Shown here in pieces: positions 8,458 to 17,830 of a stretch of 63,009 bases of DNA. Location: the IMG/VR virus record IMGVR_UViG_3300036774_000098, positions 1-63,009 of that record; one strand, written 5' to 3'. The position numbers and the translations under genes were made by a program. This stretch comes from a virus. Taxonomy: Duplodnaviria; Caudoviricetes. The notes beneath the pieces were generated by a model. It ran no database searches, had not been told where the DNA came from, and worked only from the letters and a program-made list of their open reading frames with translations. Within the stretch, counting starts at the first letter, position 1; every line of letters starts with the position of its first letter.

Positions 8458-10368
8458 ATGGTGCACAAGGCGGTAGCCAGATACAAAGACAAGGCGGCTC
8501 CCAGGCGAGAAGCCGCCTTGGCCCACGGGCAGAAAATCACCGAGATCCCGAAGGACGACGACATCCGCTATGAGCGCTCGTCGCCTTCCCTGCTGGCTCA
8601 GGAGGACCCATCCCCACCCACAGAGCTGCTGGCTGCCGACGCGAGCTGGCAGGACCTGAGGACCCACCTGGAGAGCCGCCTGCAGATGATGACCAACTGG
8701 CGTCTCAGTTGGTGGCGTCACTGGGCTCTCCTCGCAGAGAACATCCTTCCCCGGCGCTATCACTGGTTGATCACGCCGAACACGATGACGCGCGGCTTCC
8801 CGATCAACCAGAACATCGTCGACCCCACGGGCTCCCAGGCGATGAGGGTCTGCGCCAGCGGCCTCAAGGAAGGCCTCACGAGCCCGTCCAGGCCCTGGTT
8901 CAAGATCGAGGCTGATGACCCACAGTTCGTCCCAGACAAGCCTGCACAGCTCTGGTTCGACTCTGTGGAGGGCCTCATTTATGGAACGATGGCCCGGTCG
9001 AACTTCTACGACTCTCTTACCCAGGTATTCGAGGACCTGACTGTCTTCGGAACCAGCCCGATGCTCATCTACGAGGATGAGAAGGACGTTATTCGCTGTC
9101 ACGTCCCCTGCGCTGGCGAATACTATCTGGCGTCGTCCAACACGAACCGCATCGAGTCCTTCTACCGCAAGTTCGTGATGACGGTCTCTCAGATCGTCCA
9201 GATGTTCGGCCTGGAGAATTGCCCTGGCACAGTCCAGGAGATGTGGCGCACCAAGGCGGCGAGCCTCGACGTCGAGTTCATCGTGGCCCACGCCATCGAG
9301 CCGAACTTCGCCATCCTCGACGGAGCCGGCCGCGAACTCAAGCCCATGGCCGCGTCCCACTTCCCATACCGGGAGGTCTACTGGGTGTTCGGCAATTCCA
9401 CCGAACAGGCCCTCAGCGTCCGTGGCTTCTACGAGGAGCCCTTCATCGCGCCCCGGTGGGCCATCACCTCCAACGATCCATACGGCCGCTCGCCGGGCAT
9501 GGACGCTCTTCCTGACATCATGCAGCTTCAGCTCGAGTCCAAGCGCAAGGCCGAGGCTATCGAGAAGCATGTCAGGCCACCCCTTCTCGCCAGCGTAGAG
9601 CTGAAGAACGAGCCATCCAGCGCCCTCCCTGGGCATGTCACCTACGTCGCCAACCTCGGCCCCCAGGCGGGCATGAGGCCGGTGTACGAGGTCAACCCCC
9701 AACTGCAATGGATGGTCGCCGACATCAAGGAGATCCAGGAGCGGATCAAGAACGGCTTCTTTAACAACATCTTCCTCCTGCACTCCGATACCACCAAGGA
9801 GCAGACCGCCTATGAAGTCCAGAAGCGCGATCAGGAGAAGATGGCCGTCCTCGGCCCGGTTATCGACCGGTTCCAGAATGAAGGCGCTTCGCCAGCGATC
9901 AAACGGATCTTCGGCATTCTGGCGCGGCGTAAACTGCTTCCTCCTCTCCCGGATTCCCTGAAGGGCGTCGGGTTCAAGATCCAGTACATCTCCATGCTCA
10001 GCATGGCGCAGAAGGCGGCTGCGACCGTTTCCATCGAGCGAATCCTCGCGACGGCCGGAAACATGATGGCCGCAGACCCGGAGGTCATGGACAACCTCGA
10101 CCTGGACGAGACGATTCGTGAGTACGCCGATCTCGTTGGCGCTCCTCATAAGATCCTCCGCGACCGGGCGGCCATGGAGCAGAAGCGGAACCAGCGTCGC
10201 CAGCAGCAGGCCCAGATGGCGCACGCGCAGAACACGGCCGCCATGGGCACACAGGCGGCTCAGACGGCCAAGGTGATGAGTGACACCCCAGTGGGAGGGG
10301 CCTCCAGCGCCCTTGATCTCATGCTGGGGATGAACTCAAGTGCAGCCCCGCCATCTCTGGCGGGGTGA
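8458..10368 (+). CDS. Portal (head-tail connector, T7 gp8/Bbp21 family)
   Basis: SPSRPWF, SNFY, DLTVFGT, RW...YGRSPGMDALPDI, TAYEV, LGPVIDR. Confidence 0.93.
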   Translation: MVHKAVARYKDKAAPRREAALAHGQKITEIPKDDDIRYERSSPSLLAQEDPSPPTELLAADASWQDLRTHLESRLQMMTNWRLSWWRHWALLAENILPRRYHWLITPNTMTRGFPINQNIVDPTGSQAMRVCASGLKEGLTSPSRPWFKIEADDPQFVPDKPAQLWFDSVEGLIYGTMARSNFYDSLTQVFEDLTVFGTSPMLIYEDEKDVIRCHVPCAGEYYLASSNTNRIESFYRKFVMTVSQIVQMFGLENCPGTVQEMWRTKAASLDVEFIVAHAIEPNFAILDGAGRELKPMAASHFPYREVYWVFGNSTEQALSVRGFYEEPFIAPRWAITSNDPYGRSPGMDALPDIMQLQLESKRKAEAIEKHVRPPLLASVELKNEPSSALPGHVTYVANLGPQAGMRPVYEVNPQLQWMVADIKEIQERIKNGFFNNIFLLHSDTTKEQTAYEVQKRDQEKMAVLGPVIDRFQNEGASPAIKRIFGILARRKLLPPLPDSLKGVGFKIQYISMLSMAQKAAATVSIERILATAGNMMAADPEVMDNLDLDETIREYADLVGAPHKILRDRAAMEQKRNQRRQQQAQMAHAQNTAAMGTQAAQTAKVMSDTPVGGASSALDLMLGMNSSAAPPSLAG

Positions 10369-10415
10369 CCACAGGCCTAGCATAATGACAAGCCGAGTTT
10401 AGCGGGATAATGTAA

Positions 10416-10670
10416 ATGGAAAACAAATACAAATTCAGAGGTAAGACTTGCAAATCATGCGCGTTTTATCATATCACTGAGGGGCACATAACGTGGAACG
10501 TCTGCGTCGCGTGGCAACCGTCGTCCACGGCGATCAACCAGTACGCGATCTACCCGCATGTCTCAGACGAGTTCATTGCCTGCGCCATGTATGAGCCCCT
10601 TGAGGAGGAACAACCAGTTGACGACAATCCAAAAGCGATCCCGGCATCGGAAATCGGCGAGGTCGAATAA
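10416..10670 (+). CDS. Cys-rich hypothetical protein
   Basis: TCKSCAFY...CVAWQP...YPHV....IAC; similar pattern to 2663-3037. Confidence 0.55.
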   Translation: MENKYKFRGKTCKSCAFYHITEGHITWNVCVAWQPSSTAINQYAIYPHVSDEFIACAMYEPLEEEQPVDDNPKAIPASEIGEVE

Positions 10671-10923
10671 GGGCAGCAGCGACGCGCGTCTCGCCAGCGA
10701 CCCGCGTCGCACCATCACTCTCCCTGTGAAGTGGACCCGGTACAGTGGAGACTTCCTGAAATACATCATCCGCCCCATGAAGGGCGTCGGCCGCCCTGCT
10801 GCTGTTCGCCGCGATCAGGTTTTCATCCAGACCGGTAAGCGCTGGGGCTGGACACATCCACGGCTCGCCGAACTGGCGCGCGCTTACGAGAAATATGAGG
10901 TTCAAAGTGGCGCAGCTCTCTGA
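10618..10923 (+). CDS. Basic hypothetical protein (TTG start)
   Basis: GAGGAGG RBS before TTG at 10618. Confidence 0.45.
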   Translation: MTTIQKRSRHRKSARSNKGSSDARLASDPRRTITLPVKWTRYSGDFLKYIIRPMKGVGRPAAVRRDQVFIQTGKRWGWTHPRLAELARAYEKYEVQSGAAL

Positions 10924-11104
10924 GAAAGAAGCCGCCGAGCTTCTCATGGAGAAGTATCGGGAAGCCGCCAACGCCGCTCGGGTTTACGCCCACGCCAGCA
11001 AGCGCGAAGAGTTCCTGCACATGGCTCACATGCTTGAGCACCTGCAGAAGCAGTGCGCCCGCCTGATCGCTATGGGGATGATGAAGAGGATCACCACGCA
11101 ATGA
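10895..11104 (+). CDS. Hypothetical protein
   Basis: 69 aa; ATGA-coupled to the next gene. Confidence 0.55.
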   Translation: MRFKVAQLSEKEAAELLMEKYREAANAARVYAHASKREEFLHMAHMLEHLQKQCARLIAMGMMKRITTQ

Positions 11105-11880
11105 CAGAGCAGCCGGCTCAGGTCGCCATCTGCATTCCATCCGGCCGTCAGTGGGAAGCCGACATGGCGATTACGCTGAGCGCCGTCGCCTCGCGCGCGG
11201 TGTCTCACGGCATCGCCACGCTGACCGTCAACGAGAAGAATTCCATCATCGCGATGGCGCGGAACTCGATGGCGGAGGGCGCTATCGCCAAGGGAGCAAC
11301 TCACATCCTCTGGTGCGATTCGGACAACGTCCCGCCAGTCGAGCTCGTGAAGCGGCTCCTCGATCACGACAAGGACATCGTCGGCGGAATCTACTGCAAG
11401 CGCGTCCCGCCCTATGAACTCCTCGGCGTCCCCTTCGGCCCGGTCGACTTCGAGAATGGCGGCTTGGTCCCGTTCTGGCTGATGCCGGGCGGCTGCATGA
11501 TGGTCAAGGCGAAGGTCTATCAGGCCATCCCGAAGCCCTGGTACTTCGACAGCGTAAGGCGTGAGGGAGAGCCCATGGACGCTTTTATCCGCCTCCTGCA
11601 GGACCATTATCATCTCCCGCTGCCCAAAGACATCATGGCCTCCTTCCTCACGTACACGGCTCTCCACAAGTGGCTTGAGGAAGAAGAGCAGGAGAACAAG
11701 ACCAAGTATTGCGACGGCAAGCACATGGGCGAGGACTACAACTTTTGTCTAAAGGCCCAGAGGTATGGATTCCAGGTCTGGTGCGATCTCGATCTGTCCT
11801 TCGAGCTCGGTCACATTGGCGAGCAGACAATTTATTTCGGTAAGCCGCAACCAGTCGAAGAAAAAGCTGGAAATGTCTGA
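11101..11880 (+). CDS. GT-A fold (GT2-like) glycosyltransferase
   Basis: AICIP, ARN, HILWCDSD (DxD), KDIVGG, GCMM, GEDYNFC, GHIG. Confidence 0.85.
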   Translation: MTEQPAQVAICIPSGRQWEADMAITLSAVASRAVSHGIATLTVNEKNSIIAMARNSMAEGAIAKGATHILWCDSDNVPPVELVKRLLDHDKDIVGGIYCKRVPPYELLGVPFGPVDFENGGLVPFWLMPGGCMMVKAKVYQAIPKPWYFDSVRREGEPMDAFIRLLQDHYHLPLPKDIMASFLTYTALHKWLEEEEQENKTKYCDGKHMGEDYNFCLKAQRYGFQVWCDLDLSFELGHIGEQTIYFGKPQPVEEKAGNV

Positions 11881-11899
11881 CCAATAGTGCATAATGAAT

Positions 11900-11974
11900 G
11901 CGGGCCGGTGATGTTGGGCTCGCGTCTTTTCCTCCTTTGAGGCGCTTGAGCACCGGGGCGCATCACCGGCTCGT
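11900..11974 (+). ncRNA. Candidate sRNA: long hairpin with anti-Shine-Dalgarno loop
   Basis: GCGGGCCGGTGATG pairs with CATCACCGGCTCGT; loop TTCCTCCTT; CATAAT upstream and a terminator downstream. Confidence 0.5.
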
Positions 11975-11993
11975 CTCTTGCTCGGACAAACTC

Positions 11994-12028
11994 AAACCCG
12001 TCCAGATTAGCGTCTGGACGGGTTTTTT
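11994..12028 (+). terminator. Rho-independent terminator
   Basis: AAACCCGTCCAGA-ttagcg-TCTGGACGGGTTTTTT. Confidence 0.85.
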
Positions 12029-12084
12029 GCGTTGTCAACAAGATATTTGTTGCAATATCACGTGTTTCGTAGCAAAAAGTAAAA

Positions 12085-12426
12085 ATGGCTGAAGATACAG
12101 AAGAGAAGACAGAGTCCGAAGGGACATTCAATGCATCCGACCCGGCGCAGGTCGCGGCCAAGCGCCGCTCTGCGGGAAGGAAGCGAAAAGCCAGTGAAGG
12201 CGTTGTATATACAATTATGTCTACACAAGCTGGCCGGGAATGGATGCGCTCTATCCTGGATTCGTGTCACTGCTTCAGCACGAGCTTTACAGGCGAGGCC
12301 CTGACTATGGCTTTCAAGGAAGGTGAGCGGAACATCGGCCTGATGTTGACGGCTCAGATCATGAAGGTCTCTCCTGACGAATTCATTCTGATGTTGAAGG
12401 AACACAACAAAAATGTCGGTAAGTGA
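12085..12426 (+). CDS. Bbp19-like head-module protein
   Basis: MSTQAGREWM..IL..C.....SF...AFKEGERNIGL. Confidence 0.75.
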   Translation: MAEDTEEKTESEGTFNASDPAQVAAKRRSAGRKRKASEGVVYTIMSTQAGREWMRSILDSCHCFSTSFTGEALTMAFKEGERNIGLMLTAQIMKVSPDEFILMLKEHNKNVGK

Positions 12427-13174
12427 CGCTACATCCCCGGTTATTACAGCGCCTTCCGAACCTGCTCCCGCAGTAGACGTCGCACCCGCGCCCGTAGCGG
12501 CTCCCGTCCTAGCAGCGGTTGAGACCCCGGCCCCGGCTGCAGACGTCACCACCACTGCCGAGCCCACCCCAGTTATCCCGACCACGAGCCTGATCAGCGA
12601 AGAGGCCGGGAAGACTGTCGAGCCTCCCAAGCCAGAGGCTGAGACAGTAGCAGAGACGGCCCCGGCCGAAGCGCCCCCGGCAGTCACCTGGACCGACTTC
12701 AGTCTCCCAGAGGGAATGAAGCTGGACGACTCCTCCCTGAATACGTTCAAGGAGGTTCTTGGCGGAGAACTACCACCTCAGGAACGCGGACAGCGCCTGA
12801 TCGACATGCATCTCGCTGAGGTCCAGAAGCGTGATCAGTATCTGTCTGAACATCAGGTCCAAGTGTGGAACGACACTCAGGCTCAGTGGAAGGACGCTGT
12901 CAAGTCAGACCCTGAGATTGGCGGCAACCGTTTCAACACGACAATCCAGACATGCATCTCGGCGGTGAATCGCTTCGGCGGAACCGAAGCTCAGAGAGCT
13001 GAACTGCTCGAGGCTCTGAGCTTCACCGGGGCCGGGAATCATCCGGCCATTATCCGTTGGGTCAACAACATGGCTTCCCGACTCGCCGAAGGAAGTCCTG
13101 TCACCCAGACAGCAGCTCCGAAGCCGCCGCAGACGCGAGAGCAGAAACGTTACAATGCCAGTGGGGCTAACTAA
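12413..13174 (+). CDS. Capsid assembly (scaffold) protein
   Basis: Pro/Ala-rich N-terminus; F.LPEG, DPEIGG, GAGNHPAIIR; immediately before the capsid gene. Confidence 0.8.
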   Translation: MSVSDATSPVITAPSEPAPAVDVAPAPVAAPVLAAVETPAPAADVTTTAEPTPVIPTTSLISEEAGKTVEPPKPEAETVAETAPAEAPPAVTWTDFSLPEGMKLDDSSLNTFKEVLGGELPPQERGQRLIDMHLAEVQKRDQYLSEHQVQVWNDTQAQWKDAVKSDPEIGGNRFNTTIQTCISAVNRFGGTEAQRAELLEALSFTGAGNHPAIIRWVNNMASRLAEGSPVTQTAAPKPPQTREQKRYNASGAN

Positions 13175-14223
13175 TGGTTAACTATTTTATGTCTCTTGCC
13201 GACTGGGCAAGCAGGACTGATCCGGCCGGTGTCATTGATGACATTGCCGAGACCCTGTCTCAGTGCAATGAAATCTTTGACGACATGATCTGGACCGAGG
13301 GCAATCTGCCAACAGGTCACAAGACCACTGTCCGCACCGGTCTGCCGAGCGGCACCTGGAGAATGCTCTATCAGGGCATCCCCTTCACCAAGTCGACCAC
13401 CGTGCAGATCACGGATGGCGTCGGCATGCTGGAAGCCTACAGCCGCGTGGACCGGGCGCTCGCCGAGCTCTCTGGCAACGTGCAGCGCTTCCGTATGTCG
13501 GAAGACAACGCCCATCTCGAGGGCCTGTCTCAGCAGATGGCGACCACCATCTTCTACGGCAACTCGGCGATCAACCCGACCCAGTTCACTGGACTGAGCC
13601 CACGTTACAACACCGTGTCGACCGCGACCGCGCAGAACGCGATCAACGTGCTCGACGGCGGCGGCACCGGCTCCAGCAACACCTCGATCTGGCTCCTGGG
13701 CTGGGGCGAGCAGACCATGTTCGGGATCTTCCCGAAGGGCTCCAAGGCTGGCCTCCTGTTCGAGGACAAGGGCGACGTCCGTCCTGGCCGCGACGGTTCC
13801 GGCAACGAGTTCGAAGCCTACACCAGCTACTTCAAGTGGCAGGCCGGCCTGACCGTTCGTGACTGGCGCTATGGCGTTCGCATCCCGAACCTGGACACCA
13901 CGACTGCCGCTGGCGGTCTGGCGAGCTCCACTCCCCCGGACATCTTCGCGCTCCTCTCCAAGGCAGTCGTTCGTCTGCCCACGATGGGACGCCGCCAGTC
14001 CGGCATCACCAAGACCGACGCGCCGGGCCAGACGGCTCCGGGCATCAAGCCAGCCATCTACTGCAACCGTACGGTTCGGCAGTATATGGATCTCCAGGCG
14101 ATCCGTGACAAGAACGTGTTGCTGACCCCGACCGAGTACGCTGGTCAGCCCATCGTCGAGTTCCGTGGCGCCCCGATCCGCATCAACGACGTCCTGTTGA
14201 ACACTGAGACCCGCGTGGTCTAA
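13174..14223 (+). CDS. Major capsid protein (Bbp17-like)
   Basis: EGNLPTGHKTTVRTGLP, FTGLSPRY, TSIWL, GL.VRDWRY, FRG.PIR..D.LLNTE. Confidence 0.93.
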   Translation: MVNYFMSLADWASRTDPAGVIDDIAETLSQCNEIFDDMIWTEGNLPTGHKTTVRTGLPSGTWRMLYQGIPFTKSTTVQITDGVGMLEAYSRVDRALAELSGNVQRFRMSEDNAHLEGLSQQMATTIFYGNSAINPTQFTGLSPRYNTVSTATAQNAINVLDGGGTGSSNTSIWLLGWGEQTMFGIFPKGSKAGLLFEDKGDVRPGRDGSGNEFEAYTSYFKWQAGLTVRDWRYGVRIPNLDTTTAAGGLASSTPPDIFALLSKAVVRLPTMGRRQSGITKTDAPGQTAPGIKPAIYCNRTVRQYMDLQAIRDKNVLLTPTEYAGQPIVEFRGAPIRINDVLLNTETRVV

Positions 14224-14249
14224 GAGATTGATGGGAAAGGAATAACGCC

Positions 14250-14750
14250 ATGATTATGGACTCTCAGCTCCAGTTCTCCAGCGCTCAGGCCGTTACGACC
14301 GTGAGCACTGCGAGCACGACCATCACCGCCTACGACGAGTCGGGCGGAAACACCAACATCGGCAACGCCACCCGCTTCGGCGCGGATATGGGCGTTTCCG
14401 AAGGCATGAACAAGCCGAAGATCGTGGTCGGTATCCCGACTGCGTTCACCAGCACCAACTCGGCTACCATCAACTTCCAGTTCCAGGGATCGACCGACAG
14501 CTCGACCTGGACGACCTACATCGAGTCCGGCGCCCTGGCGGCGACCGTGCTCACTGCGGGCGCGACCTGGGTGTTCGATTGGCCGCGTAAGGCTCTCGGC
14601 GCTGCGATGCCTCGCTACGTGCGCATGTACTACGCTCTCGGCACCGGCGTCATGACGACCGGAACCGTGAACGCCAACGTCGTGCTCAACGCCGACGGCT
14701 GGGTGGGCATCGCCGATCAGTATCCTGCCAACTATGTGGTTGGTCCGTAA
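14250..14750 (+). CDS. Capsid cement protein (Bbp16-like)
   Basis: MIMDSQLQFS.AQAVT...RYVR..Y; directly after the capsid gene. Confidence 0.8.
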   Translation: MIMDSQLQFSSAQAVTTVSTASTTITAYDESGGNTNIGNATRFGADMGVSEGMNKPKIVVGIPTAFTSTNSATINFQFQGSTDSSTWTTYIESGALAATVLTAGATWVFDWPRKALGAAMPRYVRMYYALGTGVMTTGTVNANVVLNADGWVGIADQYPANYVVGP

Positions 14751-14755
14751 TTGTC

Positions 14756-14786
14756 GGGGGAGGCTTCGGCCTCCCCTTCTTTCTTC
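14756..14786 (+). terminator. Terminator after the capsid genes
   Basis: GGGGAGGC-TTCG-GCCTCCCC followed by TTCTTTCTT. Confidence 0.8.
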
Positions 14787-14798
14787 TAGGAGAATACC

Positions 14799-15257
14799 AT
14801 GGCTCACGCCGCCGAAGCGCCGCGTTACCGGCTCATCGCTCCGCTGTATGCTGGCGATGAGTTCATCCCTGAGGACGAAGTCATCGACGTCGATGATGCA
14901 GACTTCGTTCCGAACGAACACATGATCCCCCTGAATGACGCTGCCAAAGAGCAGTTCCAGTTGTTCATGAACAAGGTCAATGGCAAGACCCCTGATATGG
15001 GCGACCTCATGGAGGAGGCCTACCGCAATCGTCCGCGCCATGAGATCACGCCGATTGTGCCGACCGGCCATCAGCCCGTGAAGATGCGCGAAAGCGCCGA
15101 GAAGGCCCCGCTGACCGGCTACGACGGGAACACCCAGTCGATGACGTCAAAGCGGAAAATGCCTGTGAAGCCCATCGGGCAGGCTGAAGAGCACGGCGTC
15201 AAGAAGACCAAGAAAGTCATGGGCACCGTGTCCCAGGAAATCCAGAGGGGAATTTAA
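14799..15257 (+). CDS. Hypothetical head-module protein
   Basis: AGGAG RBS; position in the virion operon. Confidence 0.65.
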   Translation: MAHAAEAPRYRLIAPLYAGDEFIPEDEVIDVDDADFVPNEHMIPLNDAAKEQFQLFMNKVNGKTPDMGDLMEEAYRNRPRHEITPIVPTGHQPVKMRESAEKAPLTGYDGNTQSMTSKRKMPVKPIGQAEEHGVKKTKKVMGTVSQEIQRGI

Positions 15258-15258
15258 C

Positions 15259-15888
15259 ATGAAGCGTATTCTCGCGATCCTGGCTCTCGCCAGCTTTGTC
15301 CCGGCCGCCGCTCTGGCTGTTCCGTATACTACGACTGGCGGATACGGCACCCCAGTGCTCGACTCCTCGGGCGCCAGCTATGTCAACACCGATAGCCTGA
15401 AGAGCACCTATGCTTTCCAGGGCACCGACTTGACGCCTTACGCGACAGCGCAGGACTATATCGTCCTGACCGGCTCCGCGACCAAGACCCTCAAGCTTGC
15501 CCAGGTTTGCTTCGGTGGCGACGCTACTGCGGCTTCGATCTACGACATCTACCTGTATAAGCGGACTACCCCGGACACTGGCGGCACCGCGACGTCGCAG
15601 ACGCTCACCCAGTACGACAGCAATGACCCGGCCCCGACCGGCGTCGTGTCGCTGTACACCGTGGCCCCGACCGCTGGCACTGGCACGCTCATTCGTGGCG
15701 GCCATATGGTTCTCCTGAACGCAACTACCCCTGCGGCTCAGTCGACTCTGACCTGCTGGCAGTTCGGCGTCGGCGAAGAGAAGCCAACCCTGCGTGGCGT
15801 CAACCAGCAGATCGCCATTAATCATGGCGGCGCCGCCGTCCCTGGCGGCGCATCGAGTTACTACCTGATCGAGTGGACTGAGGAATAA
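15259..15888 (+). CDS. Thr/Gly-rich beta protein with Sec signal peptide
   Basis: MKRILAILALASFVPAAALA; ends EWTEE. Confidence 0.7.
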   Translation: MKRILAILALASFVPAAALAVPYTTTGGYGTPVLDSSGASYVNTDSLKSTYAFQGTDLTPYATAQDYIVLTGSATKTLKLAQVCFGGDATAASIYDIYLYKRTTPDTGGTATSQTLTQYDSNDPAPTGVVSLYTVAPTAGTGTLIRGGHMVLLNATTPAAQSTLTCWQFGVGEEKPTLRGVNQQIAINHGGAAVPGGASSYYLIEWTEE

Positions 15889-15911
15889 CCTAAGGTTGTA
15901 GGAGGGGCGCT

Positions 15912-16139
15912 ATGGCAGGGCCAGCGTATTCTACCGTTCCCGGATATGGGAACGTACTCCCGCTGAGCGATGGCTCAGTCAAGAACATGTCCGAGGCTCA
16001 GCTCCTCGGGCTCATCTACAACGAGCTCCGCATCCTCAATGAGCTCGTTCGGATTGGCCTTAATATTCCTGATGAGACGGACAGCTTCCGTGGAGATCCT
16101 GGATATCAGGCTTCGTCGACCTTAACCAATCCGGTTTGA
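15912..16139 (+). CDS. Hypothetical protein
   Basis: AGGAGG RBS; LLGLIYNELRILN. Confidence 0.6.
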   Translation: MAGPAYSTVPGYGNVLPLSDGSVKNMSEAQLLGLIYNELRILNELVRIGLNIPDETDSFRGDPGYQASSTLTNPV

Positions 16140-16165
16140 TCCCGGAAGTTTATTGAGGGTTTAAC

Positions 16166-16801
16166 ATGCCTATTAGCCAAATCGTTCCAGGTCAGCTTCT
16201 CGGAACAACCAACTACCCTGCGGGCACGGCGGTCAACCAGCCTGCCGGTCAGCAGGGCGACGCCTTCGTCACCCACGTCCATGGCAACTATTATCAGGCG
16301 GCCAAGGCCGGTCTGGTGTTCCATGCTCACGCCACTGCCAAGACCCTTCCTGCCATCGCCGCCAATATGGCGTCGGTGTTCTCGGTCTACAATCCAATCG
16401 GCAGCGGAAAAGTGCTCGAGCTGATCAGCGCCGATGTCGGTGTCGTTCTGGCGACCACCGTCGTCAACGTGATCGGCCTGCACTATGAGAAGTTCGCTGT
16501 CGCTCCGACCTACACGGCCGGAACCGAAGTCAGCGCCCTTCTCGGCTCTGGCCTGCGTTCGACCGCCGTGTACGCCTCCGCTCTGACCCATGTCGCCATG
16601 GGCACGACCGCAGCCGCTCGCGCTGCGATCATCACGACCTTCGGCGCTGTGACGTCCACTGCCGACAACCCGATCAGCTACTACTTCGACGGTAAGGTGC
16701 TTGTGCCTGCTGGCGTTGCGGTGTCGTTCGCGGCGTCGACAGCGGCCTGGACCGCCACTGGTCTCGACCTCGGTCTTGCCTGGGTGGAATGGCCGGCGTA
16801 A
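16166..16801 (+). CDS. Putative virion structural protein
   Basis: Ala/Thr/Gly-rich, strong codon bias, ends W.EW. Confidence 0.65.
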   Translation: MPISQIVPGQLLGTTNYPAGTAVNQPAGQQGDAFVTHVHGNYYQAAKAGLVFHAHATAKTLPAIAANMASVFSVYNPIGSGKVLELISADVGVVLATTVVNVIGLHYEKFAVAPTYTAGTEVSALLGSGLRSTAVYASALTHVAMGTTAAARAAIITTFGAVTSTADNPISYYFDGKVLVPAGVAVSFAASTAAWTATGLDLGLAWVEWPA

Positions 16802-16822
16802 TCTGAATTAAGGGAGAACTCC

Positions 16823-16864
16823 ATGCCCGCGACATCGAAGGCTCAGGCCCGGTTTATGGAGTAA
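16823..16864 (+). pseudogene. Orphaned 5' end (MPATSKAQARFME*) of the gene that resumes at 17552
   Basis: AGGGAG RBS; 13 codons match MPSVSKAQHRFME of ORF 17552; stop at the insertion edge. Confidence 0.75.
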
Positions 16865-16876
16865 AAAAGAAGGGGC

Positions 16877-17536
16877 TTACCCGCCCCTTCCCCATCTTTT
16901 CTCTGCTGCTGCTTTGGATTGTGCCCTTAGCCGCCGTAGGTCTTCAGGAGACTGCTTAATGCATTCCCTTGAACAAAACCTTGAGTTCTGACTTGGTATG
17001 GTAGTGAATTCTTTCCCACATGTTTCACAGCACTTAGTGAAACGAGTTCTTTGGCTTATGCCTCGGCATTCAATGGAACAGAATTCATTTCCCCTGTTAA
17101 TAAATGCTTGGCTGGCGTAAAACTCTTTTCCGCATGTCTTGCATTTAACATAGTTTCCGTTTCTTTTTTTGTCTCTTGTTGCCTCTTTTGGTATGTAGCT
17201 AGAGATGATATTCTCAAGAGCTAGTGTTTTTCTTGGGGATTGTAACTTAACCAGCTTTGAGAAAAGCTCGAAGTTGGCCTTGCCACAGTTTAAGTGACAG
17301 CACCACTGATCTGACCATTCGTCTTTCTTGGACTCATTAAAGTAAGTTCTTACCTTAAGCCCAAGGTCACGGCAGATCTGGACAACAGAGTCGAACAACT
17401 CTTTGTCTGTATTGTTAAAGCTCACGCGCCGGTGGACGTGGCCATTTTTTGTAAGAGAGGTTCCGATATGCCCCTCTCCGTCTATGAAGGCCGACAAGTA
17501 TGCCGCCTTCTCCGCATCTGAGGTGAACTTTGTCAT
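16877..17536 (-). mobile_element. Free-standing LAGLIDADG homing endonuclease with two C-terminal Zn-finger repeats
   Basis: YLSAFIDGEG, SFNNTDKEL; two CxxCGKEF...FCSxxC repeats; AT-rich; antisense to the operon. Confidence 0.88.
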
Positions 17537-17551
17537 GATAGGCGGCATAAT

Positions 17552-17830
17552 ATGCCAAGTGTAAGTAAAGCGCAACATCGTTTTATGGAAATGGTGGCAC
17601 ATGACCCGGCTGCGGCTAAACGAGTCGGCGTTTCTCAGTCTGTAGGAAAAGACTTTGCTGACGCCGACAAGAAAGGACGTTATAATAAATTGCCCGAACG
17701 TAAGGCCGACGCGCCAAAGAAAAAAGGCTGGCTTAAGGGAGGCAAGGGCGAGAAGAAGCTCAAGGCCAAGCTGAGCCAGAAGCCATCAAAGACAGAAGAC
17801 CAGCGGATGAAAAGCCGCTACGGAGAGTGA
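17552..17830 (+). CDS. Small basic phage protein
   Basis: MPSVSKAQHRFM..VAH.P..AK.VGV.QSVGKDF..AD. Confidence 0.7.
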   Translation: MPSVSKAQHRFMEMVAHDPAAAKRVGVSQSVGKDFADADKKGRYNKLPERKADAPKKKGWLKGGKGEKKLKAKLSQKPSKTEDQRMKSRYGE

